DNA of 55,533 nucleotides, taken from NCBI GenBank assembly GCA_036561685.1, contig DATBOX010000162.1, forward strand, positions 1 through 55,533, in the 5' to 3' direction. Shown one piece after another: positions 1-8,269 of the stretch. A model generated the notes under the pieces. That model was not told the origin of the DNA. It saw nothing but the letters and a program-made list of their open reading frames with translations, and did not search any database. Within the stretch, counting starts at the first letter, position 1; each line of letters opens with the position of its first letter. The translations under genes and the position numbers were made by a program. This DNA comes from Candidatus Limnocylindrales bacterium. Lineage in GTDB: Bacteria; Chloroflexota; Limnocylindria; Limnocylindrales; CSP1-4.

Positions 1-332
1 CCGACGAGGTACTCCAGGCGGATCGGGGCGAAGCACTCGTAGAAGACGACGTCCGCCTCGCCCAGCTGGCGAAAGGCGTGGACCCAGTTCGAGGGGATGA
101 CGAGCAGCGAGCCAGGGCCGACCTCCGACTCCTCATCGCCCACCTTGGCCCACAGGCGGCCCTGCTCCACGAGCATGATCTGCTCAGCCTCGTGGGTGTG
201 ATCGGGGATGGTCACGCCGCCCCGATAGACGATGCGGGTGAGCATCGTCTTCTCGCCCGAGACGGCCTGCCGATAGACGCCGGGGATGTACTCGACGGTC
301 GGGAACTCGTCCCACGTCGTGATCTGGCGCAT
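1..332 (-). CDS. Cupin-domain protein (C-terminus runs off the window edge)
   Basis: Not in the ORF track because it is open at the window edge. Reverse-strand reading from ATG (330-332) gives MRQITTWDEFPTVEYIPGVYRQAVSGEKTMLTRIVYRGGVTIPDHTHEAEQIMLVEQGRLWAKVGDEESEVGPGSLLVIPSNWVHAFRQLGE... This shows the two-motif cupin pattern (PDHTHEAEQ ... PGSLLVIPSNWVHAF). GGAGG (complement of 341-345) lies 8 nt upstream of the ATG. Confidence 0.75.
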   Translation of the reverse strand, partial: MRQITTWDEFPTVEYIPGVYRQAVSGEKTMLTRIVYRGGVTIPDHTHEAEQIMLVEQGRLWAKVGDEESEVGPGSLLVIPSNWVHAFRQLGEADVVFYECFAPIRLEYLV

Positions 333-345
333 CCCGGATCCCTCC

Positions 346-1359
346 TCAGTCGCCCACGGCGCGCGCCTTCGCGTCAAGGCCGCGAAGGATCAGCTCGGGG
401 GTCACCGGCAGCTCATCGATGCGCACGCCGGTGGCATGGTAGATGGCGTTGACGATGGCGGGGATGGGCGAGTTGGCGGTCATCTCGCCCACGCCTTTGA
501 CCCCGTACGGGCCGTTCGACGACGGGTACTCCAGCACGACGCACTCGATCTCGGGCATCTCGTAGGCGCCGGGCATGACGTACTCGCTGAAGTCCTTGGC
601 CGCGTGCTCGGGGTCGGGGTAGTAGGGCTGGGTCGTCTCGTACAGGGCGTGCGACATGCCCATCCAGGCACCGCCGACGATCTGGCCCTTGACCAGGGCC
701 GGGTTGACCTGCTGGCCGACCTCGTAGGCGCTCCTGATGCTGAGGACGGTGACCTCGCCGGTCTCGGTGTCCACCTCCACCTCCGCCACGGTGCAGGCGT
801 GAGCTTCGGTCGAGTCGGGGTCCATCGCCCCGGTCTCGGGATCGACGGGACTCTTGGCCTTCATGTACGCGCCGCGCCCGGCGATCGTCTTGCCGTACTT
901 GAACTGGGCCGCGGCGGCGATATCGGCGATCTTCAGCGAGCGATCGGGGGCGCCGCGGACCATCAGGTTGCCCTGCCCGTCGAAGACGAGGTCGCTGCGC
1001 GCGGCCTCGAACTCGTCGACCGCCACGTCCAGCAGCGCCTCGCGGGTCTCGATCGCCGCCGCGATGACGGCATTGCCGACGCGATGCGTGGCGCGGCTGG
1101 CGAAGGTGCCCATGTCATGCGGACCGGTGTCGGTGTCGGCTGTGTCGACGACGACGTCCTCCATGCGTACGCCCAGCGTCTCCGCGGCGATCTGGCCGAT
1201 GACCGTGCGCAGGCCCTGGCCCAGGTCCGTGGCGGAGAGCGAGACGACGAACGAGCCACTGGTCGTGGCGTGGATGAGCGCCTGCGAGGGGTCGCCGCCG
1301 AGGTTCATGCCGGTCGGGTAGTTGACGGCCGACATGCCCGTGCCGCGCAGCTTGGCCAC
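346..1359 (-). CDS. Xanthine dehydrogenase/aldehyde oxidase-family molybdopterin subunit, C-terminal half, encoded as a separate cistron (NdhM-like)
   Basis: Track ORF of 337 aa with GTG start (1357-1359). KLRGTGMS..., LSATDLGQGLRTVIGQIAAETLG and GPYGVKGVGEMT form the second half of the Mo-binding subunit, including the active-site Glu loop. It aligns by eye with roughly the last 300 residues of the fused paralogue at 27719-29965. Confidence 0.85.
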   Translation of the reverse strand: MAKLRGTGMSAVNYPTGMNLGGDPSQALIHATTSGSFVVSLSATDLGQGLRTVIGQIAAETLGVRMEDVVVDTADTDTGPHDMGTFASRATHRVGNAVIAAAIETREALLDVAVDEFEAARSDLVFDGQGNLMVRGAPDRSLKIADIAAAAQFKYGKTIAGRGAYMKAKSPVDPETGAMDPDSTEAHACTVAEVEVDTETGEVTVLSIRSAYEVGQQVNPALVKGQIVGGAWMGMSHALYETTQPYYPDPEHAAKDFSEYVMPGAYEMPEIECVVLEYPSSNGPYGVKGVGEMTANSPIPAIVNAIYHATGVRIDELPVTPELILRGLDAKARAVGD

Positions 1360-1360
1360 G

Positions 1361-2701
1361 TCAGGCGCCTCCGTCCGGCCGTGGAGCCGAGGTCATCGTC
1401 CGGAACGCCTCCGGCAGCTCGTGGTCCACGAGCTTCGCCGCGGCCTGCATCGTCTCGATGAGCGTGGCGTCCTCGACGAGCTTGCGGTGGGGCTTCATGT
1501 CGCCATCGTGGTAGGCGTTGATGAACCGCACCGACCATGGGTCGAGCCCCACGACCTCGGCGATCTTGTCCATCTGGACCTCGATGGCGAACGAGGCCAT
1601 GGTGATGCCGAAGCCGCGCATGGCGCTGGTCGGCTGGCGGTTGGTGTAGACGCAGTAGGCGTCGATCGAGACGTTGGGGATGGCGTACGGACCGGCGGCG
1701 TTCGCCGCGTGCTTGGTGAGGGCGTACGGCGTCTGGCGGCTGTAGGCGCCCGAGTCGGCGTAGCTCGTCACCTTGCGGGCGATGAGCCGTCCGTCGGCCA
1801 TGACGCCGTCCTTCATGTAGATGCGCCACGCGCTGCGCGTCGACGACACCTGCATCTCCTCCGACCGGCTGAAGGCATACCGCACGGGCCGGTTCGTCTT
1901 CATCGCCGCGAGCGTGGCCAACGGCTCCACGATGACGTCGACCTTGCCGCCGAAGCCGCCCCCGACCGTGCCGCCGATGAAGTGCAGCTGGTTGCCCGGG
2001 ACCTGCAGGATGATCGAGGTGTTGTCCAGGCTGAAGTACAAGGCCTGGGTGTTGGTGTAGACGGTGTAGCGGCCGTTGGCTTCCGGGATGGCGATGGCGG
2101 CGGTCGTCTCGGTCGGCGCCTGCTCGATGGGCTTGGTGTCGTAGACGCCCTCGACGATGTGGTCGGCGCGCGCGAAGGCCGCCTCCACGTCCCCGAAACG
2201 GACCCGCCGGCAGGGGTGGCCCTCGTACATGAAGGTGTTGTTGCCCCAGTGGGTCACGATGGGCGCGCCCGGCTTGAGGGCCTCTTCCACGTCGAAGACG
2301 GCGGGCAGCTCCTCCAGATCCAGCTTCACCCGTGCCACCGCGTCATTGGCGGCCTGCTCGGACTCGGCCACGATGGCCACGATGGGCTCGCCCTTGTAGC
2401 GGACGCGATCGACCGCCAGGACGAACTCCTCCTCCGGCTCGACCCCGATGAGCCCCAGGATGGTGTAGACGTTGTGGGGCACGTCCGCGTGCGTGAGGGC
2501 CCGCACGAATCCCGGCACGCGCTCGGCCTCCGACAGGTCCACGCCGCGGATCCGCGCGTGGTGGACGGGGCTGCGCACGACCTTGAGATGGAGGAGGCCG
2601 GGGAACGCCCGGTCGGTCGTGAAGACGGTGCGCCCGGTGACGTGGCCGATCCCATCGGCACGTGGGACCGATCTCCCGACGACGTGGCGGGCGGGGCTCA
2701 T
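1361..2701 (-). CDS. Xanthine dehydrogenase/aldehyde oxidase-family molybdopterin subunit, N-terminal half (NdhL-like)
   Basis: Track ORF of 446 aa. The N-terminus HVVGRSVPRADGIGHVTGRTVFTTD is a/b-hammerhead-like, and SAMRGFG is present. The ATG overlaps the 2Fe-2S gene stop (ATGA 2698-2701). The TGA at 1361-1363 sits one nt before the next cistron's GTG, which is in another frame. Confidence 0.85.
   Translation of the reverse strand: MSPARHVVGRSVPRADGIGHVTGRTVFTTDRAFPGLLHLKVVRSPVHHARIRGVDLSEAERVPGFVRALTHADVPHNVYTILGLIGVEPEEEFVLAVDRVRYKGEPIVAIVAESEQAANDAVARVKLDLEELPAVFDVEEALKPGAPIVTHWGNNTFMYEGHPCRRVRFGDVEAAFARADHIVEGVYDTKPIEQAPTETTAAIAIPEANGRYTVYTNTQALYFSLDNTSIILQVPGNQLHFIGGTVGGGFGGKVDVIVEPLATLAAMKTNRPVRYAFSRSEEMQVSSTRSAWRIYMKDGVMADGRLIARKVTSYADSGAYSRQTPYALTKHAANAAGPYAIPNVSIDAYCVYTNRQPTSAMRGFGITMASFAIEVQMDKIAEVVGLDPWSVRFINAYHDGDMKPHRKLVEDATLIETMQAAAKLVDHELPEAFRTMTSAPRPDGGA
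1368..1372 (-). promoter_or_regulatory. Shine-Dalgarno (GGAGG) for the second Mo-subunit cistron, embedded in the 3' end of the first
   Basis: The complement of 1368-1372 is GGAGG, 8 nt upstream of GTG 1357-1359. Confidence 0.6.
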
Positions 2702-3189
2702 CGGGGCTGCCCGTCCTTGCTCGCGACGGCCCGCGCGGCCGCTTCGACGGCGGCGGTGATCGGCGCGTAGCCCGTGCAGCGGCAGATGTTGCCGGCCAGG
2801 GCGTCGACGATCGTCTCACGCGTCGGGTGTGGATCGTGGTCCAGAAGCGCCTTCGAGACCATGAGCATGCCCGGCGTGCAGTAGCCGCACTGGAACGCGC
2901 CCTGCTCGATGAAGGCCCGCTGGAGGGGGTCGGCCCCGCTGGCCGGCATGGCGGTCTCGAGGGTGTCCACGCGGCGGCCGGCCACCTCCTCCACGGGCAA
3001 GAGGCACGACATGACCGGCTCGCCGTCGACGAGGACGGTGCAGCTGCCGCAGCCGCCCTGGCGGCAGCCTTCCTTGACGGCCGTCTGGCCGAGCTGGTAG
3101 CGCAGGACCGCCTGGAGCGTGGTCATGGGCCCGACCATGACCTCCACGTCGCGGTCACCCAGCTCGAAGGCGACGATCGTCGAGGCCAT
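2698..3189 (-). CDS. [2Fe-2S]-binding small subunit of Mo hydroxylase (CoxS/XdhA-type)
   Basis: 163 aa. It has two Cys clusters: CRQGGCGSCTV...C, and CGYCTPGM...CRCTGY. The ATG follows directly after the TAG (3190-3192) of the FAD-subunit gene. Confidence 0.95.
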   Translation of the reverse strand: MASTIVAFELGDRDVEVMVGPMTTLQAVLRYQLGQTAVKEGCRQGGCGSCTVLVDGEPVMSCLLPVEEVAGRRVDTLETAMPASGADPLQRAFIEQGAFQCGYCTPGMLMVSKALLDHDPHPTRETIVDALAGNICRCTGYAPITAAVEAAARAVASKDGQPR

Positions 3190-4014
3190 CTATAGGGCCT
3201 CCAGCGCGCGCCGCACGAAGACTCCGACCATCCGCCGGCGGTACCACTCGGTGGCGATGCCATCGGTGGACGGCTGGCACTCGGCCGCGGCGGCCTTGGC
3301 CGCCTGCTGGATGACCGCGGCATCCAGCACGGCACCGGTGAGCACGGCCTCTGCGCTCGCGGCCCGGATGGCGTGTGGCCCGGCCGCACCGAGGGCGATG
3401 CGCGCCGTGCCGACACGGCCGTCGCGGCGCTCAACGGCGACGGCCACGGTCACCACGGCAGGCGTGTTGCTGTGCTTGCGGCCGAACTTGAGGAACGCCG
3501 TCTCGCGGGCGGCCCTGGGGACCGTGATCTCCACGAGCAGCTCGTCGGGGGCCAGGGCATTGGTCATGAAGCCGGTGAAGAAGTGGGCCAGCGGGAGGAC
3601 CCGCTCTCCTCGCGGGCCGGCCACGCGCACGTGCGCGTCCAGGGCGAGGAGGGCGACCGCCACGTCACCCCCCGGCGGCGGGGTGAACAGGTTGCCGCCG
3701 ACCGTGCCCATGTTGCGGATGGACCAGCTCGCCGTGTGGCGGGCGGCCTCGCTGAGCAGCGGCACGGCATCCTGCGCCAGGAGTTGGGAGAGCGTCACGG
3801 CGGCGCCGACGGCGAGGCCATCGCCCCGTCGCTCCAGGCGGTCCAGGCCCGCGTGACGCAGGCTCATGACCCGCTCGGGCAGCGAGATGCCGTCATTGAT
3901 GAGGGGCATGACGACCGTGCCGCCGGCCATGACCAGCAGCTCCGGCCCATGGCGCTCGAGCAGGCCGATCGCCTCCGGCACCGACCGGGGCATGAGGTAT
4001 TCGCGGACGCTCAT
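3190..4014 (-). CDS. FAD-binding medium subunit of Mo hydroxylase (CoxM/XdhB-type)
   Basis: 274 aa. FAD-binding PCMH-type motifs are present: LLVMAGGTVVMPLINDG and NMGTVGGNL. The start overlaps the CoxG-like gene stop (4011-4014). Confidence 0.9.
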   Translation of the reverse strand: MSVREYLMPRSVPEAIGLLERHGPELLVMAGGTVVMPLINDGISLPERVMSLRHAGLDRLERRGDGLAVGAAVTLSQLLAQDAVPLLSEAARHTASWSIRNMGTVGGNLFTPPPGGDVAVALLALDAHVRVAGPRGERVLPLAHFFTGFMTNALAPDELLVEITVPRAARETAFLKFGRKHSNTPAVVTVAVAVERRDGRVGTARIALGAAGPHAIRAASAEAVLTGAVLDAAVIQQAAKAAAAECQPSTDGIATEWYRRRMVGVFVRRALEAL

Positions 4015-4475
4015 CGGGCGGCGGCGCTTTCGACCGCGGCGGCCTGAAGGCGCCGGCCGAGCCGCGCCAGCCCCTCGTTCACGAGCGACCGGGCGAAGCC
4101 CTCCAGGAACCGCGAGTCGAGGCGGGCCAGCGGGCCGCCGACCACGCCGGACCCGTCGTATTCGACGACCGTCCCCACGTCTGCTCCGCGGAGGTGGAAC
4201 GTGGCCCGGCCGGTGATCGTCCCCACCCGACCCTCGAGGCGGCCCTCCAGCTCGCCGGAGGTCGGGGCCTCGGCGGTGACGAGCCGCACGACCATGTCAT
4301 AGGTGCCGACGACGGCCGGCAGGCGGATGGCGATGCGGCCGTGGTACTCGTCGGCCGAGACCTGGTGGATCTCCTGGCAGCCCGGGATGACCTCCAGCAG
4401 CGCCCCGGGGTCACAGATCGCCGCGAACACCGCCCCGGGCGGGGCCGCCAGCGTGGCCGAGCCGCGCACCTTCAT
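4011..4475 (-). CDS. SRPBCC / CoxG-family protein
   Basis: 154 aa. MKVRGSATLAAPPGAVFAAICDPGALLEVIPGCQEI... matches the carbon-monoxide-dehydrogenase subunit G family pattern. It is the first gene of the Mo-hydroxylase set. Confidence 0.85.
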   Translation of the reverse strand: MKVRGSATLAAPPGAVFAAICDPGALLEVIPGCQEIHQVSADEYHGRIAIRLPAVVGTYDMVVRLVTAEAPTSGELEGRLEGRVGTITGRATFHLRGADVGTVVEYDGSGVVGGPLARLDSRFLEGFARSLVNEGLARLGRRLQAAAVESAAAR

Positions 4476-4485
4476 CGCGTGTCGG

Positions 4486-4773
4486 TCACGCGACCACTTC
4501 GTACGCCTGGACCACGCTGCTCGAGACGAGCGCGTTGAGGTCGGGCTGGAGGCCCTGGTGCACCGGCGACGTCCGCCAGCCCACGGATGCCTCGAGATCC
4601 AGGAACCGCAGCACCATCTGGTACGTGGTGGCGTCCTCCGCCTCGCGGAGCAGGTCCACGCGCACGTACCCGGGGGAGGCGGCCATGGCCGGCCGGTAGC
4701 GTTCGGTGAAGAAGCGCTCGAAAGCGCTCGACTTGTCGGGGCTCACGGTGAACGTGATATGGCGTTCGATCAT
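4486..4773 (-). CDS. ABM/Dabb-fold (antibiotic-biosynthesis-monooxygenase-like) small protein
   Basis: 95 aa, MIERHITFTVSPDKSSAFERFFTERYRPAMAASPGYVRVDLLREAED..YQMVLRF. The size and alternating pattern fit the ferredoxin-like ABM fold. Codon usage matches its neighbours. Confidence 0.7.
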   Translation of the reverse strand: MIERHITFTVSPDKSSAFERFFTERYRPAMAASPGYVRVDLLREAEDATTYQMVLRFLDLEASVGWRTSPVHQGLQPDLNALVSSSVVQAYEVVA

Positions 4774-4852
4774 GGCCCGGCCATGATGTCACGCGCCGCG
4801 AGAGGCGGGATGGGCCGGTCGGCCCTCTCGAGGGGACCAGTCGGCCCTCCGG

Positions 4853-5950
4853 TCATCTCGCTACCCGCGGCGGCCGCCCCGCCACGAGCGCCTCGACCTC
4901 CGCCAGCGTTGCCATCGACGTATCGCCCGGCGTCGTCATGGCCAGGGCCCCGTGGGCCACGCCGTACTCCAGCGCGCGCTCCAGCGGCAGACCGGTCAGG
5001 AGCCCGTAGATGAGTCCCGAGGCGAACGAGTCACCGCCCCCCACGCGGTCCAGGATCTCCAGGTCGGGGTGGGGTGTCGCCACGGTCAGCCGTCCGTCGG
5101 CGAAGCACGCCGCGCCCCAGTCGTTGCGGGTCGCCGTCCGCGCCACGCGCAGCGTCGTGGCCACGACGGCCAGGTTCGCGTACGTGTCCATGACGGTGGC
5201 CATCATCTCGCCGTACCCGGTGGGGTCCAGCTCGGCCAGGTCCGGGTCGCCGGTGGCCGGGGCGAAGCCCAGGGCGGCGCTGAAGTCCTCCTCGTTGCCC
5301 AGCATCACGTCGACGAGCGGGGCCAGCGACCGATTCACGGCCTGCGCCTGCTCCTTGCCGCCGATGCCCTTCCACAGGCTGGGGCGATAGTTGAGGTCGT
5401 AGCTCACGATCGTCCCGTGCCGCCGGGCGGCGGCCATGGCCTCCGCGGCCACCTCCGCGGTCGACGGCGAGAGCGCGGCGAAGATGCCCCCGGTGTGGAA
5501 CCAGCGTGCGCCTTCCGCCCCGAAGATCGCGTCCCAGTCCACCTCGCCAGGCCGCAGCTGGCTGACCGCCGTGTGGCCGCGGTCAGAGACGCCGACCGCG
5601 CCGCGGACGCCGAAGCCGCGTTCGGTAAAGTTGAGGCCGTTGCGAACCGTCCGCCCGACCCCGTCATAGGGCATCCAGGAGACGTGGCGCAGGTCCACGC
5701 CGCCAGCCAGCATCATGTCCTCGACCAGGCGCCCGACCGGGTTGTCGGCGAGGGCCGTGACGATCGCCGTCCGCAGGCCGAAACAGCGCCGCAAGCCGCG
5801 GGCCACGTTGTACTCACCGCCGCCCTCCCAGACGCGGAACTGGCGCGCGGTATGGATGCGGTCCTCGCCGGGATCCAGCCGCAGCATGACCTCGCCAAGA
5901 GCCACGAGGTCCCAGCGGGCTTCGTCCGCGCCCTTGACCGCAAGCGCCAT
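4853..5950 (-). CDS. kdgK: PfkB-family sugar kinase, 2-dehydro-3-deoxygluconokinase-like
   Basis: 365 aa. Motifs are DLVALGEVMLRLDPG, GGGEYNVARGL and the C-terminal DRVGGGDSFASGL (PfkB signature 2). It lies immediately downstream of a KDPG-aldolase gene. Confidence 0.8.
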   Translation of the reverse strand: MALAVKGADEARWDLVALGEVMLRLDPGEDRIHTARQFRVWEGGGEYNVARGLRRCFGLRTAIVTALADNPVGRLVEDMMLAGGVDLRHVSWMPYDGVGRTVRNGLNFTERGFGVRGAVGVSDRGHTAVSQLRPGEVDWDAIFGAEGARWFHTGGIFAALSPSTAEVAAEAMAAARRHGTIVSYDLNYRPSLWKGIGGKEQAQAVNRSLAPLVDVMLGNEEDFSAALGFAPATGDPDLAELDPTGYGEMMATVMDTYANLAVVATTLRVARTATRNDWGAACFADGRLTVATPHPDLEILDRVGGGDSFASGLIYGLLTGLPLERALEYGVAHGALAMTTPGDTSMATLAEVEALVAGRPPRVAR

Positions 5951-5952
5951 CG

Positions 5953-6609
5953 CTAGACCACGGCCCCGGCCGGAGCGCCGCGGACCCGCCCGACGATGGC
6001 GGCCGCCTCACGAGCCAGCCGTTCGACCTCGTCCCACGCGCCCGACGCGACTGTGCCGGGCCTTGCCAGCCAGGTCCCGCCGACGGCCGCGACACAGTCC
6101 AGGGCGAGGTACTCGGGCAGGCTGGCCGGGGTGACCCCGCCCGTCGGCACGAACCGCATCATGGGATAGGGGGCCTGCAGGGCCTGCAGGAACGCGGGCC
6201 CGCCGAGCACCGCCGCGGGGAAGACCTTGACGACCCGCAGGCCGCGGGCGAGCACGGCCTGGAGCTCGGTCGGCGTGGCGACCCCGGGCAGCACCGCCAC
6301 GCCGCGGGCCAGCGCGTGGTCGACCACGTCGGGACCGAAGCCGGGGCTCACCAGGAACGTGGCGCCGGCGTCGATCGCGGCGTCGGCCTGGGCTGTCGTG
6401 AGGACCGTGCCGGCCCCCACCAGCATCTCCGGCACACCGGACCGGATGGCCCGGATGGCGTCGACCGCGGCATCCGAGCGGAACGTGATCTCCACGCACG
6501 CCAGGCCCCCGGCCAGGAGCGCCCTCGCCAGGGGAACGGCCTGCTCGGGGCTCATGACCGTCACCACCGGCAGCACGCCCGCCCGGGTCAGGGTCGCCCC
6601 AAGGTCCAC
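5953..6609 (-). CDS. eda: 2-dehydro-3-deoxyphosphogluconate (KDPG)/KHG aldolase
   Basis: This is the last 218 codons of track ORF 5953..7068. I place the start at GTG 6607-6609. GVLPVVTVMSPEQAVPLARALLAGGLACVEITFRS, VGAGTVL and VKVFPA (Schiff-base Lys) are present. The upstream part of the track ORF is Arg/Pro-rich and overlaps the SDR gene. Confidence 0.85.
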   Translation of the reverse strand: MDLGATLTRAGVLPVVTVMSPEQAVPLARALLAGGLACVEITFRSDAAVDAIRAIRSGVPEMLVGAGTVLTTAQADAAIDAGATFLVSPGFGPDVVDHALARGVAVLPGVATPTELQAVLARGLRVVKVFPAAVLGGPAFLQALQAPYPMMRFVPTGGVTPASLPEYLALDCVAAVGGTWLARPGTVASGAWDEVERLAREAAAIVGRVRGAPAGAVV

Positions 6610-6620
6610 GGGTCGCGGCC

Positions 6621-7391
6621 TCAACGCGCGGTGTAGCCACCGTCGACGACGACGGTGGAACCGTGGAAGAACGAAGCACGAGGTGAGGCCAGGAACAGGA
6701 TCGCGTCGGCGATCTCCTCCGGCCGGGCCAGCCGCCGGATGACCTGCCGGTCCTCCATCTGGCGGCGCAACGTGGCCACGTCGTCCGCGCCGGCGAGGAT
6801 GCGGTCCACCCACGGCGTGTCGGTCGTGCCGGGGGCGACGCAGTTGGCGCGGATGCCCCGCTCGGCGAACTCGACGGTGAGGCTGCGGGTCAGCGAGATG
6901 AGGGCGGCCTTGGAGGCGCAGTACGCGGCCCGGTTGGGGATGCCGATGAGGCCACCGACGGATGCGACGTTGACGATGGTCCCGCGGCCGTTGGCCAGGA
7001 AATGGGGCAGGAATGCCTGGCACAAGAGGAAGGCGGCCGTGACGTTGACGGCGAACGTCTCGCTCCACTGGGCCAGGGTCGTGTCAAGGACATCGGCCCG
7101 GAAGCCGACCCCGGCGCCGTTCACCAGCACGTCGACCTTGCCCAGGCGCTCCATCGCCTCTGTGGCGACCGCGCCGACCGCTCCAGCATCGGCCAGGTCG
7201 GCCACCAGCGGCACGCAGCGCGGGCCGAATTCGCCCACCAGCGGCGCCAGCTCCGCCGTCCGCCGCCCGACGCAGGCCACGGTCGCGCCGGCGGCAAGGA
7301 AGCGGGACGCGGCCTCGTGGCCGATGCCCGACGTGGCCCCGGTGAGGAAGACGCCCAGGCCGCTGAAGTCGTGGCTCTCGTCAGTCGTCAT
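6621..7391 (-). CDS. SDR-family oxidoreductase
   Basis: 256 aa from ATG 7389-7391 (internal Met of track ORF 6621..7574). GAGGTG lies about 9 nt upstream. Motifs: TGATSGIGHEAA (TGxxxGxG), NGAG and YCASKAA (YxxxK). Confidence 0.9.
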   Translation of the reverse strand: MTTDESHDFSGLGVFLTGATSGIGHEAASRFLAAGATVACVGRRTAELAPLVGEFGPRCVPLVADLADAGAVGAVATEAMERLGKVDVLVNGAGVGFRADVLDTTLAQWSETFAVNVTAAFLLCQAFLPHFLANGRGTIVNVASVGGLIGIPNRAAYCASKAALISLTRSLTVEFAERGIRANCVAPGTTDTPWVDRILAGADDVATLRRQMEDRQVIRRLARPEEIADAILFLASPRASFFHGSTVVVDGGYTAR

Positions 7392-7450
7392 GGGCGCTGC
7401 ACCTCGCTTCCTCGGAGATGCTAGACCCGATGGGCCGCCGCCGACGGCGG

Positions 7451-8239
7451 TCAGCGGTCGGGCATCGCGGCGAAGGTCCGCTCGATGTCGTCGATCTGGC
7501 GGACGGTCGCTGCCGCCACGGCCGCCAGGTAGCGCTCCCCGAACTCGGCTGTCGAGCCACGCGCGTCGCCCCACGTCCCCGAGTGAGTCGCGCGGTGGAC
7601 CGAACCGGGCGACGAGAAGAAGAACGCCGTATGCACCGCGCCGGCGTTGGTCACCGGCGGGAAGGGCGGCATCTCATCGTTGGCGCGGTCCATGTCGACG
7701 AGTGACGGCGCGATCGCCAGGATGGCCGACGTTTCCGCCTGGTTGGCGTGGAGGCCGGTCGTGGAGCTGAAGAACTCGGCCGATTCCTCGGCCGACAGGC
7801 CGTCCCAGTAGTTGACCGGGAAGGCCCGCACGCCTTTGGGCAGGCGGTCCGCCGCGTTGGCGCAGGCATAGGCGATGGCGTAGGTGTTGTCGTAGTGGCC
7901 GTTGAGGAAGACGATCCGGCGGAAGCCCGCCGTGGCGAGCGATACGGCGATGTCCTCGATAAGCGTCATGAAGGTCGGGATCCGGATGTGGACGAGGCCG
8001 GTGAAGCCGACGTGCGGGTACGAGAGGCCGTAGTTGACGGTCGGCGCGACGACAGCCCCCACCGGCGGCGCGATGCGGCGGGCGACTTCCTGGGCCACCA
8101 GGGCGTCGGTCAGGAGCGGGCCATGCGGGCCGTGCTGCTCGGTGGAGCCGACCGGCACGATGACGGTGTGGTCGTGCGTCAGGAACGCCTCGACCTCCAG
8201 GGTCGTCATCTCGCCGAGGGCTACGGTCGGTGGCTTCAT
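7451..8239 (-). CDS. Creatininase/creatinine amidohydrolase-family metal hydrolase
   Basis: 262 aa. VIVPVGSTEQHGPHGPLLTD, FLNGHYDN and HANQAETS match the creatininase-family signature residues. Confidence 0.85.
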   Translation of the reverse strand: MKPPTVALGEMTTLEVEAFLTHDHTVIVPVGSTEQHGPHGPLLTDALVAQEVARRIAPPVGAVVAPTVNYGLSYPHVGFTGLVHIRIPTFMTLIEDIAVSLATAGFRRIVFLNGHYDNTYAIAYACANAADRLPKGVRAFPVNYWDGLSAEESAEFFSSTTGLHANQAETSAILAIAPSLVDMDRANDEMPPFPPVTNAGAVHTAFFFSSPGSVHRATHSGTWGDARGSTAEFGERYLAAVAAATVRQIDDIERTFAAMPDR

Positions 8240-8269
8240 CGGATCCTTGCCTCCTGCTTGCGTCCCGGT

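Noticed and set aside
1357-1363. Treating the two Mo-subunit ORFs as a frameshifted pseudogene.
   Set aside because: The break sits exactly at the inter-domain linker. A GGAGG lies 8 nt before the GTG. Both halves keep intact motifs, and a natural split precedent exists. I kept this as an alternative in the corresponding finding because only comparative or read data can settle it.
286-2770. Long plus-strand ORFs (286..1461, 391 aa; 1322..2770, 482 aa) opposite the Mo-subunit genes. Similar long shadow ORFs occur throughout the window, for example 7674..8765, 24706..25515, 25196..26104, 29737..31185, 38869..40635 and 49696..51711.
   Set aside because: Their translations are low-complexity runs rich in Arg, Ala, Gly, Pro, Asp and His with no motifs. 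They lie antisense to ORFs with clear family signatures. Such open frames are expected in very GC-rich DNA.
346-4475. Calling this locus aerobic CO dehydrogenase (coxMSL plus coxG).
   Set aside because: The large subunit has SAMRGFG where CO dehydrogenases carry the AY(R/x)CSFR (form I) or AYRGAGR (form II) active-site loop. CoxG-like genes also accompany other Mo hydroxylases. The substrate is left open.
7451-8239. Interpreting the creatininase-family gene as mycofactocin peptidase MftE.
   Set aside because: No mftA, mftB or mftC (radical SAM) genes, or other mycofactocin genes, are present in the window.
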